This document shows positions 1 through 9,120 of a stretch of 48,037 nucleotides of DNA, in pieces. Position 1 is the first letter of the stretch, and every line of letters starts with the position of its first letter. The position numbers and the translations under genes are program-made. The notes under the pieces were generated by a model, which saw only the letters and a list, made by a program, of their open reading frames with translations, was not told the origin of the DNA and ran no database searches. The stretch lies in IMG/VR virus record IMGVR_UViG_3300045594_000630; one strand, 5' to 3'. The DNA is from a virus.

Positions 1-1
1 G

Positions 2-916
2 ATGCGATCACCCAGATCTGTCTCCATTCTCATAGAGTCTAGCGCTGGTCGACGGAATGAACGGGCCATCAATGCTGGCTTCGATGCGATGGATGGTAAC
101 GGAGCGGTGATCTGCGTGACCAGTCCGCGTGGAGGTACAGGCAAGACATCAATGGCTGTAAGCATAGGCGCGGTCATCGGAGCAGCGGGATTGCGGGTCT
201 GCGTGATCGATCTTGACCTCATGAATGCTCCCATCAGCACGATCCTTAACGTGATCAGTCCTGACATCCGTGATCTACTGGAGACAGGGCAACCATCGGA
301 TCCGGACACGATCATTAAGAACACGATCTATAGTAAGGAGCTGAAGAGCAGATTCCTTCTCGGACCGCGTAGATCCATGACCGATGACTATCTTCCTGTC
401 AGCACGCTTGGATCCATTGTCAGCACGATGCGGTCACTGTTCGATGTGATCATCATCAACACTCCATCTTACCACCGTACCCCGATCGTGACGGACGGGG
501 CATACCGCGTGGCCGACGAGATCGTTCTGGCCACTGATAAGGATAAGACGTCGATCATCAGCACGGTGAAATGGCTGATGACTGTTGATCCAGCCCTGAT
601 GATGAAGACAATGATCGTCATGAACAAGTGCGGACGACCTGGTGAGATCAGTGATGACGCTGTCCGCCGCGTGATTACGATGACATCTTCCAGCGTTGCG
701 GACAGTCATGCTGGAGACGATGCCGGAATAGATCTTATCGAGTCCGTACCATTCAATGACGCTGTACGGATCGCATCTGACGCCAGCAGCCTTGGCCGCA
801 TTCTTGAAGACACGGCGTTCCGGTCAGCGATAGCAACCGTGGTCTCAGATCTGCTTCCAGATCAATATCTTAATCGTATGCATACAGACAACACTAAGGG
901 GGATCATCATGAGTGA
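2..916 (+). CDS. ParA/MinD-family ATPase, probably CpaE/TadZ-like (may be 5'-truncated by the window edge)
   Basis: Deviant Walker A VTSPRGGTGKTS, VCVIDLD, FDVIIINTP and IVMNK motifs; Tad genes elsewhere in the window. Confidence 0.75.
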   Translation: MRSPRSVSILIESSAGRRNERAINAGFDAMDGNGAVICVTSPRGGTGKTSMAVSIGAVIGAAGLRVCVIDLDLMNAPISTILNVISPDIRDLLETGQPSDPDTIIKNTIYSKELKSRFLLGPRRSMTDDYLPVSTLGSIVSTMRSLFDVIIINTPSYHRTPIVTDGAYRVADEIVLATDKDKTSIISTVKWLMTVDPALMMKTMIVMNKCGRPGEISDDAVRRVITMTSSSVADSHAGDDAGIDLIESVPFNDAVRIASDASSLGRILEDTAFRSAIATVVSDLLPDQYLNRMHTDNTKGDHHE

Positions 917-1802
917 TGAAGATGAGAAGCAGGAGTTCCCACCTGTACCAGCGATCGACTGGCGGAAGGTAACCATCAAGCCATTCAGATCTTGCCAGCA
1001 CGTGAATGACCGGCAGGGTGAGATCGTAAGAGAAGCCCTAGTCCATGGGAAGCGGCACTTCGGGGCGGCGGCAGGGTCCCTCACCTGGATGAAGAGCCCC
1101 CAGATGAAGGGCAAGCTGCCGGAGGGATGGAGGTCTGAGGTCGTTGATGTGGCCATGGGCGCGGAGAAGAGAACGACCAGGAATCTCCTCGAATGGATGA
1201 AGAACAAGCCCGCCGCCGTTCTCATTGACTCTGTACACATACCCGGGGTCGGTAAGGAGGAGGTCAACGAGGAGACCGGGCTTATCGAGGGCGGTGACAC
1301 TGATCATATTCTTATCATTGGTTCCCATGTCTACGTGATCGACACGAAGAACTGGAAGAAGAAGGCCCAGTACACGGTAGGTGACGACGGATCTGTACTC
1401 AGGAACGGTAAGCCGTTCCCTGGCGGCAAGGTCCACATCAATGCGGCCACGAAGATGTGGTATGACTATCTTGACTCTGATGACGCTGAGGTCGTCGGAG
1501 CGATCTATATCGACAATGAAGACGAGCCAGATCCGAAGACGAAGGAATGGACGACCTCAGTCTTCAGGAATAAGAACTGGTGGCGGAACTACTGGTTCTT
1601 ACTAGAGGAGCGCCGGTGGAGGGATTGGATCGATGAGAAGTATGCGGAGCAAGCCGGGTACGACAAGACCACCGGTAAGGCGGACGATCCGGAGAGCGTA
1701 AGCTTCATTGACCCATCTCTGATAGCCCAGGTCGCCGTGACCTGCGTGAAGCCATATGACCGCAGGGATGGTCTCATCAACATGAAAGCGTTCGAGAGTT
1801 AA
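909..1802 (+). CDS. NERD-domain (PD-(D/E)xK) nuclease-related protein
   Basis: GDTDHILIIGSHVYVIDTKNWK matches the NERD signature; start overlaps the upstream gene. Confidence 0.7.
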   Translation: MSDEDEKQEFPPVPAIDWRKVTIKPFRSCQHVNDRQGEIVREALVHGKRHFGAAAGSLTWMKSPQMKGKLPEGWRSEVVDVAMGAEKRTTRNLLEWMKNKPAAVLIDSVHIPGVGKEEVNEETGLIEGGDTDHILIIGSHVYVIDTKNWKKKAQYTVGDDGSVLRNGKPFPGGKVHINAATKMWYDYLDSDDAEVVGAIYIDNEDEPDPKTKEWTTSVFRNKNWWRNYWFLLEERRWRDWIDEKYAEQAGYDKTTGKADDPESVSFIDPSLIAQVAVTCVKPYDRRDGLINMKAFES

Positions 1803-1865
1803 CGATCTTAACTTGATAGATCAGATGAGTATCATAACTGAATAGTATCTACGGGAGAGTGGATC

Positions 1866-2659
1866 ATGGCTATCGGGAAGAAAGCGCAGTACGGTGAGAA
1901 TGAGGACGGATCATGGTCCGTGCGAAGCCGGAGAATGTAGGCAGGTACAACTGCCATCATGTGAAGCATGCTAACATGACGCCTCGTGAAGCGTACGATA
2001 AGAATCAGGAAGTCTATAAGAGATCTGCGTCATCAAATCGACCGGAAAAGACTGGAGTAGCAACGGGAGATGTAAGGTCACTGCTATCAATGGCCAGCAG
2101 GGATGATCTCACCGCCAGTGAATGGATAAGTTGTCTGACAGCAAGTATGAAGTCGTAAGGGCTCGACTCGCTAGAAACCATTCTATTCCCCAGGGGTACA
2201 AGGAGAGGCTGTCAAAAGATCCAAGCTCTAAGGTCAAGCAAGATCTTATCGGGAATTCCGGAGACCATAACCATTACAACCAGCTGGGATGGAAGTCCAT
2301 CAGCAATCTGGTAAAAGACCCTGATGCATCCATCATAGCGGACATCGCGGCCCATCCGCAGACCCCAATAACCGAACTGGACAAGCTCAGTGAAGACAAA
2401 GACGAAGATGTGAGGGAGGTCACTCGGTCAGAATACGCTATCGCTCTGTCAACGATCGCGGAGGAAAGAAGAAGCTGACCGACCTGTCAGCTTCTTCGAC
2501 TTCCCGGAGCATGCAGACATGGCGAGGTCATCTGGAGTCAAGCCGATAACGTCTGATGAGTTCATATCTGAAATGGATTGGCAATCCGTCGATAAGGCTA
2601 AGACAAGACGGCTCTTGGCGGGTGGACTAGCCCTCGGACTGATCCTTGGAAGCAATTGA
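1866..2659 (+). pseudogene. Frameshifted gene: N-terminal Cys/His module plus HEAT/LRV-like repeats
   Basis: RBS and ATG at 1866 give MAIGKKAQYGENEDGSWSV. The frame shifts near 1917 into RAKPENVGRYNCHHV (paralogue of the 11808 N-terminus) and again near 2121 into MDKLSDSKYEVVRARLARN...LSKDP...LVKDP...LSEDKDEDVRE. A possible third shift near 2430-2470 leads to TGA at 2657-2659. Confidence 0.7.
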
Positions 2660-2712
2660 TCTCATACCTGCAACGAGATCACCGAAGACTGTCCTATCTT
2701 CTGTCACAGACG

Positions 2713-2807
2713 CAATCTATGACGCCATAGACGTGAGAACCTGCACGGCATGCGTTTTTTACTGTCCATAAAGATCTCGCGTCTAAGGCACGTTAGAATG
2801 CATCTGA
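2713..2807. repeat. Dispersed ~90-bp inverted-arm element, copy A (core inverted relative to copies B and C)
   Basis: Left flank CAATCTATGACGCCATAGACG has 1 mismatch to copy C; right flank TCTCGCGTCTAAGGCACGTTAGAATGCATCTGA has 4 mismatches to copy B; the core matches the reverse complement of the B/C core. Confidence 0.85.
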
Positions 2808-2834
2808 TACCACGACTCAGATCTGCGCACTATT

Positions 2835-2851
2835 GATATCCTCAATCCATG
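2835..2851 (+). promoter_or_regulatory. GATATC-N8-ATG putative promoter of a leaderless gene
   Basis: GATATC at 2835-2840, 8 nt, ATG at 2849; no SD sequence; same spacing at 23344, 28206 and 31320. Confidence 0.6.
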
Positions 2852-3715
2852 AACAGATGGTGGAACGGTATCCAATATGACGACGATCATGCATCAATGG
2901 CTCCAGTCCCTTCCAAGGTGTACCAGGGCCCGGAAGGATCGTACGGCGCTCATGATAGCAGTGCATCTGCGGACAGATCTGCAAGCAACGTGCTTAACGG
3001 ACAGATACGATACAAGATCTTCGTCTATGATCCAAGACCACTCGACGGGATGTCCTTCAATGACCAGTTCACGGCTGATGTCATGCAAGATCGTGTGATC
3101 ATGCGAAGCGCGTTGAACGGAAGCCTGTGGAGATCATGGGATCATGACGGTCTTGCATTAGGCTATCACGGACGGCCATTCGGAGTGATCTTCAATGAGG
3201 ATCTTGCCAAGATCATCGATCACAAGCATGCGACCAAGATCGTATGCATCTTGGAGGGATGGTTCGATCATACTCGTGGGATACCGGAGGCGAAAGCACT
3301 CGCTCCGCCGCCCATGAACTCACCGAATGGGGACCTTATCTCAGATCTCATGCACGTCTCACGGTATGACATCCATGATCTGTATGACATCGTCACCGTG
3401 TGGAATTACCGGGACGCGCCAGATCTGGACGCACTGCTAGTACAGTCTGGCGGCAGGCTGAAGACGGATGTGGACGTGCGGATGATACCTACTCCAGAGG
3501 TATCTTCGGCAAGACCGCACGTCGGTGTCTTCATCGGTGATGGCAAGATCCTTGAGTACAATGCGCGGAACAGCCGGTACCAGGACATGACGACGATCAT
3601 CGGGCGCCGGGTCATGCTTGCCGAGCACGTTGATGCGGAAGATGATGAGGATCCCTTCTACAGGATACTGTTCTTATCACCGAAGAGCGCACGATCTGAG
3701 CAAGGAGCGGAATGA
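2849..3715 (+). CDS. Hypothetical protein
   Basis: 288-aa ORF, stop overlaps the next start; no family recognised. Confidence 0.75.
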   Translation: MNRWWNGIQYDDDHASMAPVPSKVYQGPEGSYGAHDSSASADRSASNVLNGQIRYKIFVYDPRPLDGMSFNDQFTADVMQDRVIMRSALNGSLWRSWDHDGLALGYHGRPFGVIFNEDLAKIIDHKHATKIVCILEGWFDHTRGIPEAKALAPPPMNSPNGDLISDLMHVSRYDIHDLYDIVTVWNYRDAPDLDALLVQSGGRLKTDVDVRMIPTPEVSSARPHVGVFIGDGKILEYNARNSRYQDMTTIIGRRVMLAEHVDAEDDEDPFYRILFLSPKSARSEQGAE

Positions 3716-4134
3716 TGGCAGATGAAGACAGGGTGGAGGGGCAGATCATATGGAGGCAGCGGAAGCGGAACTGGTGCAGGACGAGTCTTAGCTTCACCGT
3801 CTACACGCTGACGACGGATGAACTCACCGTCGAGTCGGGGATACTTCGGCAGGTGTTCGACACGACGCAGCTCTTCAGGATCAATGATGTCAGGGTCACG
3901 AGGACGCTACTCCAGCGCATCTTCGGGCTGTCCACGATCGTCGTGTATGCGTACGATGCCAGCAGTATCGTATCCAGCAAGCGCGGAGAGCCATTGCAGA
4001 TCACGTTGAAGAACGTCATTGACGGATTCAAGATCAGGAAGCAGATACAGGCTGCTGTCAATGCTGCCAGATCATCGAATGGAGTGATCGCTAGGGACAT
4101 CATGGGCGATGTTGATGAAGACGGCGTTTACTGA
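3712..4134 (+). CDS. Bacterial PH-domain (bPH_2-like) protein
   Basis: YTLTTDELTVESGILRQ...LFRINDVRVTRTLLQRIFGLSTIVV is typical of the family. Confidence 0.8.
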   Translation: MMADEDRVEGQIIWRQRKRNWCRTSLSFTVYTLTTDELTVESGILRQVFDTTQLFRINDVRVTRTLLQRIFGLSTIVVYAYDASSIVSSKRGEPLQITLKNVIDGFKIRKQIQAAVNAARSSNGVIARDIMGDVDEDGVY

Positions 4135-4159
4135 CCTGATACATGATTGCTATCAGAAT

Positions 4160-4188
4160 TTGCATACGAACAATGATCTTGATATGAT
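4160..4188 (+). promoter_or_regulatory. Sigma70/SigA-type promoter
   Basis: TTGCAT-17 nt-TATGAT upstream of the ORF at 4233. Confidence 0.6.
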
Positions 4189-4232
4189 TAGATCAGATCT
4201 ATGATAATCAATCGTTGAAGGCTGTGAATCAC

Positions 4233-4682
4233 ATGGGTGACTATTATTCCGCGTTCGTGTATGACAAGGGAGATCATCGTGACCGAGCCAGAGAGATCGA
4301 GCTGCATAAGAACTATGCATTCATCGAATTCATTCTCTGCGAGGAGCCGCACCCTAGGAATGACAGATGGAGCGTCTTCTCCGATTACTCTACTTGGAGC
4401 AAGATCAGGGACTTCATTCTAGATTACGGATCGTCATCATGGCAGCGGCAGCAAGTGCTGTCATATGATGGCACGAGGCGCAGCATCGGCTATGACAAGA
4501 TGATCGATGGGGAGCGCGTCGTGACCATGCCCATCGCTGAAGACAGCTGGATCGGCTATTACTGGTGGAGAGACGGGAAGTTCTGTCCCAATGATCTGGC
4601 GAGAATTGACGCAGAGGTGAATAGGCTGTTGAAGCGAGTCGTTCCAGATCGTGTACTCATTGAATTCAGACAAGTCTACTGA
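4233..4682 (+). CDS. Hypothetical protein
   Basis: ORF 4215..4682; ATG at 4233 preferred over the TTG; has its own promoter. Confidence 0.7.
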   Translation: MGDYYSAFVYDKGDHRDRAREIELHKNYAFIEFILCEEPHPRNDRWSVFSDYSTWSKIRDFILDYGSSSWQRQQVLSYDGTRRSIGYDKMIDGERVVTMPIAEDSWIGYYWWRDGKFCPNDLARIDAEVNRLLKRVVPDRVLIEFRQVY

Positions 4683-4758
4683 ACCCTTTGATAAGCCGTT
4701 AAGAATATGATAGCGATTGATAACTCGCTGTATATCTTAGTATTGCCATCAGGTAAGA

Positions 4759-4847
4759 GTATTCCCCGCGTTGCGGGGTTGAACCTGTATTGCCCGCGTT
4801 GCTAGGTTGGACCTCTGGCGGTATTCCCCGCGTTGCGGGGTTAATCA
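4759..4847 (+). CRISPR. Orphan type I-E-like CRISPR mini-array or repeat cluster
   Basis: GTATTCCCCGCGTTGCGGGGTTGAACCT at 4759-4786, a degenerate copy at 4787-4814, CTGGCG, then GTATTCCCCGCGTTGCGGGGTTAATCA at 4821-4847. CCCCGC/GCGGGG hairpin as in I-E repeats; AT-rich upstream region; no cas genes in the window. Confidence 0.65.
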
Positions 4848-4881
4848 AAGCATGTGATGACGTACCCGAATGATGAATCGA

Positions 4882-4910
4882 TTGACTCCTCCCGTCATTC
4901 ATAGTATGAT
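4882..4910 (+). promoter_or_regulatory. Near-consensus sigma70/SigA promoter
   Basis: TTGACT-17 nt-TATGAT upstream of the ORF at 4950. Confidence 0.75.
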
Positions 4911-4949
4911 TGGAATCACATGAATGACATGACGGTGAGGAGTCCGGCA

Positions 4950-5225
4950 ATGATCAACAATGACGACATTGAAGAGACGAACGATCTGTGCGAGGGCATA
5001 CTCGCAGGCGATGAAAGCTATCAGTTCCACACAGATCAAGACATGGACAACATTGAGAGTATGGCATTCTTCATCGATGAGAATGGACTCGGTGACCTTA
5101 TTGACATTGATGATGGCACGCAGGTGACCTTATCATATCGCGGACACGTCATTGTCATGAATTCGCACGGCCTCGGTGACTTCTATTCTCATGAGATCTT
5201 GTTCACCGTTGATCCCGAAGACTGA
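4950..5225 (+). CDS. Small highly acidic protein (91 aa)
   Basis: GAGGAG SD then ATG at 4950; D/E-rich with no Lys and one Arg. Confidence 0.75.
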   Translation: MINNDDIEETNDLCEGILAGDESYQFHTDQDMDNIESMAFFIDENGLGDLIDIDDGTQVTLSYRGHVIVMNSHGLGDFYSHEILFTVDPED

Positions 5226-5380
5226 ACGAACGGGTATTCCACGCTGAAGGGTGAATCTTTCGCGCAGATCTGTCACGGCCGAATCCATCTTGCATTCACC
5301 TCGTAATGATGTTAGCTCGTCTGATATCCATCATATGCTATTCCACAATTGTTCAGATCATGTAAAGATAAGGCGTAAAG

Positions 5381-6649
5381 ATGGACGGTAAGGACTTTCT
5401 CTCGAAGATAGCCGTGATGTCGGATAAGGTTTCAGATCAGAAAGATCTTGCCGTCACTGAGGAGGCTACCAAGACCGCCTTCATATCCCCGTTCTTGCGA
5501 GATATTCTCGGATTTGATACCAACGATCTCAATGAGGTCATCCCTGAGTACACGGCAGATGTTGGTATCAAGAATGGAGAACGCGTAGATTACGCCATAA
5601 AAGTGAATGGCAGAATAGAGATTCTTGTTGAGGCTAAGAAGATATCCGAACCGTTGAACGTTCATAACTCCGGACAGTTGTTCAGATACTATGCAGTGTC
5701 GAATGCTCGTATCGGTATCTTAACGAATGGACAGTACTGGGAGTTCTACACAGATCTTGAGAAGCAGAATATCATGGACGACAGACCATTCATGATTCTT
5801 GATCTTCTTGATGTTGATGCAAAGCTGATCAATCCAATCCGTAAGCTAACGAAGACTGAATTCGACATTGATGGACTCATCACTGTAGCGCGAAGAATGA
5901 AGTATCTTACCCAGTTCGAATCTATCATCAATGAGAATATCGACAATCCATCAGACGATCTTGTTAAATCACTTGGACATCATGTCATGGATGTTATGAT
6001 CACGAGACCGAAGAGGGAAGAGCTGCGGCCGATCGTACTGCAAGCATTGAAAGATGTCATCGCTGATCGTGTGAACGATCGTCTTGAGGGCGCTATCAAT
6101 GATGTCCAATCAGACGTGAAGCACGTGATCATTGAAGACAATGACGATGATGACATCGATAACAATAACGGCATCGTGACGACAGAACTCGAGCTTGAGA
6201 CGTACAGGGTCATCCAGTCGATATGCTGCGAGATAGTTCCGGCATCAAGGATAACGATAGCCGATAGAAAGCAATACTGTAACATTGTTCTTGATAACAA
6301 CAGCCATAAGATCATCGTGAGAATAGTGTCTAATAGCTTGGAGAACAGAATCCTCTACCCAGACGGAGATGACCCGACATGGAATCGATGCCCGTATTTT
6401 GTGTACAAGGACTTGAACGACATCTATAATCATAAGGACATCATACTGAATTCTCTTAGATTCAGATTAGGGATATCGAACAGCAATGATGATCCCAGTA
6501 CAGGCAATGGATCTGATACGGATACGAAGAATGGCGTTCAGAACGCTGACAATCATGAAGACATCAGTGAATCCAATATCGTTCAAGATGATCATTCGAG
6601 ACAAGCTGATCCAACGACAACTCCAGTGATCAATCCGTTCATGCTATAA
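5381..6649 (+). CDS. Stand-alone HsdR N-terminal-like (PD-(D/E)xK) restriction endonuclease family protein
   Basis: TEEATKTAFISPFL..LGFD...EVIPEYTADVGIKNGERVDYAI...ILVEAK...QLFRYY...GILTNG. Confidence 0.8.
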   Translation: MDGKDFLSKIAVMSDKVSDQKDLAVTEEATKTAFISPFLRDILGFDTNDLNEVIPEYTADVGIKNGERVDYAIKVNGRIEILVEAKKISEPLNVHNSGQLFRYYAVSNARIGILTNGQYWEFYTDLEKQNIMDDRPFMILDLLDVDAKLINPIRKLTKTEFDIDGLITVARRMKYLTQFESIINENIDNPSDDLVKSLGHHVMDVMITRPKREELRPIVLQALKDVIADRVNDRLEGAINDVQSDVKHVIIEDNDDDDIDNNNGIVTTELELETYRVIQSICCEIVPASRITIADRKQYCNIVLDNNSHKIIVRIVSNSLENRILYPDGDDPTWNRCPYFVYKDLNDIYNHKDIILNSLRFRLGISNSNDDPSTGNGSDTDTKNGVQNADNHEDISESNIVQDDHSRQADPTTTPVINPFML

Positions 6650-6759
6650 CATTCTTATCAATCACTGCTCTGTCAATTGTTTGCTTCATAAGATCTAAGC
6701 GATATCTTACGTTTAATGGCAAGATCAATTGTCAGAAATCAATAATGGAGGAATGAATT

Positions 6760-7038
6760 ATGGCCATTTCTAATGAACATATTAAAGATGCACTTGCGAA
6801 ACATGGAATTTTATATTCTATATCTGATGACAAATCACAAATAATAGCTTCCAATTTGATTATTTTTATCAATAAGAATAACAACCCTCTTTATAACACT
6901 CTAAAAGAGTATGCTAATAATTTAGACAGTCTTGATAAGAGCAAGACATTGTTCATTAAAGATGATAATGATGCTACATCGGATGATCTTGATAGGTATG
7001 CTGACGTTGTAGTGAAAAAGCTGTATAACGTTAAATAA
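6760..7038 (+). CDS. Hypothetical protein, AT-rich
   Basis: GGAGG SD, 92-aa ORF, followed by a hairpin. Confidence 0.7.
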   Translation: MAISNEHIKDALAKHGILYSISDDKSQIIASNLIIFINKNNNPLYNTLKEYANNLDSLDKSKTLFIKDDNDATSDDLDRYADVVVKKLYNVK

Positions 7039-7060
7039 ACGTCTTACATATTTAGATATA

Positions 7061-7080
7061 GCCAGCACATCCATGCTGGC
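7061..7080 (+). terminator. Putative terminator hairpin
   Basis: GCCAGCA-catcca-TGCTGGC followed by T-rich sequence. Confidence 0.45.
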
Positions 7081-7221
7081 GATGTTACTTTTACAGATTG
7101 TTTTTGTACATAAGGTATCATCTTACGAGAACGTTGGTACAATTCTTACTGTAATCAAAATTCAACACGATTCCGACAGCCACCATTCCGGTATGGCGAG
7201 AATCATTTAAGGAGAGAATCC

Positions 7222-9120
7222 GTGACGGAAACTGATGAAGACAAGAGTAAAGACAAGCTGATATCAGATCTGCGACAACAGTTGAGAACAGCGCGGCAAG
7301 CTCAGAATAGTCTAGGTCTCTCCTATAAGCATATTCCTGAAGCCGGTGAAGACGCTGCACATCTTGCCGCCGGGGACATTCCTGTCCTCACCCGTGTTCC
7401 CGATCTGTCCACGGACAAGCATAATGACGAGACGGATCACATGATCGTCGAGGGCGACAATCTGATCGCATTGCACACACTGCTCCCACGGTATGCGGGC
7501 AAGGTGAACGTGATCTATATTGATCCTCCGTATAACACCGGGAATCAAGATTTCGTCTATAATGATAAGTATGTAGATCCAGATGATGGATTCCGGCACT
7601 CCAAGTGGCTGAGCTTCATGGAACCTCGTCTCAAGATCGCCCGCGAGATGCTTGCAGATGATGGCATTATCTTCGTGTCTATCGATGATCATGAACATGC
7701 GTATCTGAAGATCTTGATGGATAAGATCTTTGGATCTAGGAATTTCCTTGCTAATTTCATTTGGCATAAAACTGATCATGTATTTAAATCTAAGAAGAAT
7801 GTCTATAGCAAACATGAGTACATTCTGTGCTATGTAAAAGATATAACTTCTCGTAATGATGAAGTATTCCTATCAGGTAAAACTCAGACAACGTTCCAAC
7901 CAGCTCCTCTCTATAATGCTCTAATGGGTGAGCCACAGAGAATTGTGTTTCCTAAGGATTCCCTGATCGTCAAACTAAAAGACGGAATATACAACAAGGC
8001 GACTAACAACCATTATCAGCTTATGAAACCATTCATCGTAAAGAATCATCAAGCTGTAACAGATCTTGATATTAAATTCACTTCTAGATGGGGACAGAAA
8101 ACTGTTGACAAAAATGTGAAGAGGGGAGATAAGTTCATCATTCGTAAGGACACCTTCTCTCTGACCGTAATGTATTCTAGTGATAAGGATAGCTTCACTT
8201 CAAGCTTAGATTCTATTCTTCCAGGTACGGTAGGAACTACATCAAGAGGCACGAATTTATTGACGGGCATTATGGATGAGCATCAGTTCTCGTACCCCAA
8301 ACCAATGGAGCTTATTAAATATCTTATTAAAGCTACACGGAATAAGAACGGTATCGTGCTTGATTTCTTCGCCGGATCTGGAACGACTGGACACGCTGTA
8401 GCCATGCTGAACGCAGAGGATGGAGGCCATCGCAAGGCGATACTTGTGACGAACAACTTCGAGACCCGCAATGATGGCAGCAGGCGTGAGACCGGGATCG
8501 CCCGCGGAGTGACGGCACCCCGTATGCGAGCTGTACTCACCGGCCGCTGGGCCGACGGGAAGCCTCATGACCCGCTCCCAGGCAATCTTGTCTATTACCG
8601 TGTAGATTGGCTGCCGCGTCCGTCTGGCGGCAATCTGACGGAGACCGTCCCCATCAAGACGTGGATCGGACAGATCGCCGTCGACGAGGACACGCTCCGT
8701 GTGCTCCCGGTTGACGGTGAAGACACCGGCGGAACAGATCTGTCTGATCTTGTCCGTAAGGGCAAGGCGATCGTCCTCACGAATGAAGACAGAAGCAAGC
8801 ATGTTCTCGTGGTGCTGGATCCAGATCTGTCAGTCATTGATCCGGACTCACTGACGGCCGCAGGCAGCGTGTTCAGCAAGCTCAATGGTGCGGACACAGT
8901 GTACTCACCGTCTGATCTCAATGCCGACGTGTACTTGCGGACAGGATGCTTCCCTGACAATGTAGATGAGAAGCCGTTCCCTACAGCATTCGTCAGCAGG
9001 ATCAGGAGCAGGGTGAAGACACTTGAGAACAATGGAACGATCGTGCATGACGGTAAGACCAGCGCGACGTCTGAACCAATTGAAGACAGTCTTGAAGACA
9101 ACAAGGGGAATCAGCAATGA
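7222..9120 (+). CDS. mod: Type III restriction-modification methyltransferase (beta class)
   Basis: IVEGDNL, IYIDPPYNTG (motif IV), HSKWLSFM, YPKP, VLDFFAGSGTTGHAV (motif I); ATGA overlap with res. Confidence 0.92.
   Translation: MTETDEDKSKDKLISDLRQQLRTARQAQNSLGLSYKHIPEAGEDAAHLAAGDIPVLTRVPDLSTDKHNDETDHMIVEGDNLIALHTLLPRYAGKVNVIYIDPPYNTGNQDFVYNDKYVDPDDGFRHSKWLSFMEPRLKIAREMLADDGIIFVSIDDHEHAYLKILMDKIFGSRNFLANFIWHKTDHVFKSKKNVYSKHEYILCYVKDITSRNDEVFLSGKTQTTFQPAPLYNALMGEPQRIVFPKDSLIVKLKDGIYNKATNNHYQLMKPFIVKNHQAVTDLDIKFTSRWGQKTVDKNVKRGDKFIIRKDTFSLTVMYSSDKDSFTSSLDSILPGTVGTTSRGTNLLTGIMDEHQFSYPKPMELIKYLIKATRNKNGIVLDFFAGSGTTGHAVAMLNAEDGGHRKAILVTNNFETRNDGSRRETGIARGVTAPRMRAVLTGRWADGKPHDPLPGNLVYYRVDWLPRPSGGNLTETVPIKTWIGQIAVDEDTLRVLPVDGEDTGGTDLSDLVRKGKAIVLTNEDRSKHVLVVLDPDLSVIDPDSLTAAGSVFSKLNGADTVYSPSDLNADVYLRTGCFPDNVDEKPFPTAFVSRIRSRVKTLENNGTIVHDGKTSATSEPIEDSLEDNKGNQQ

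Noticed and set aside
1913-2478. Two independent genes at 1913..2158 and 2122..2478
   Set aside because: Better explained as fragments of one frameshifted gene starting at 1866
4759-4847. A conventional adaptive CRISPR-Cas locus
   Set aside because: No unique spacers and no cas genes in the window; kept only as an orphan repeat cluster
4699-4950. 83-aa minus-strand ORF across the CRISPR-like repeats
   Set aside because: It overlaps the repeats and a clear plus-strand promoter, so it is probably spurious
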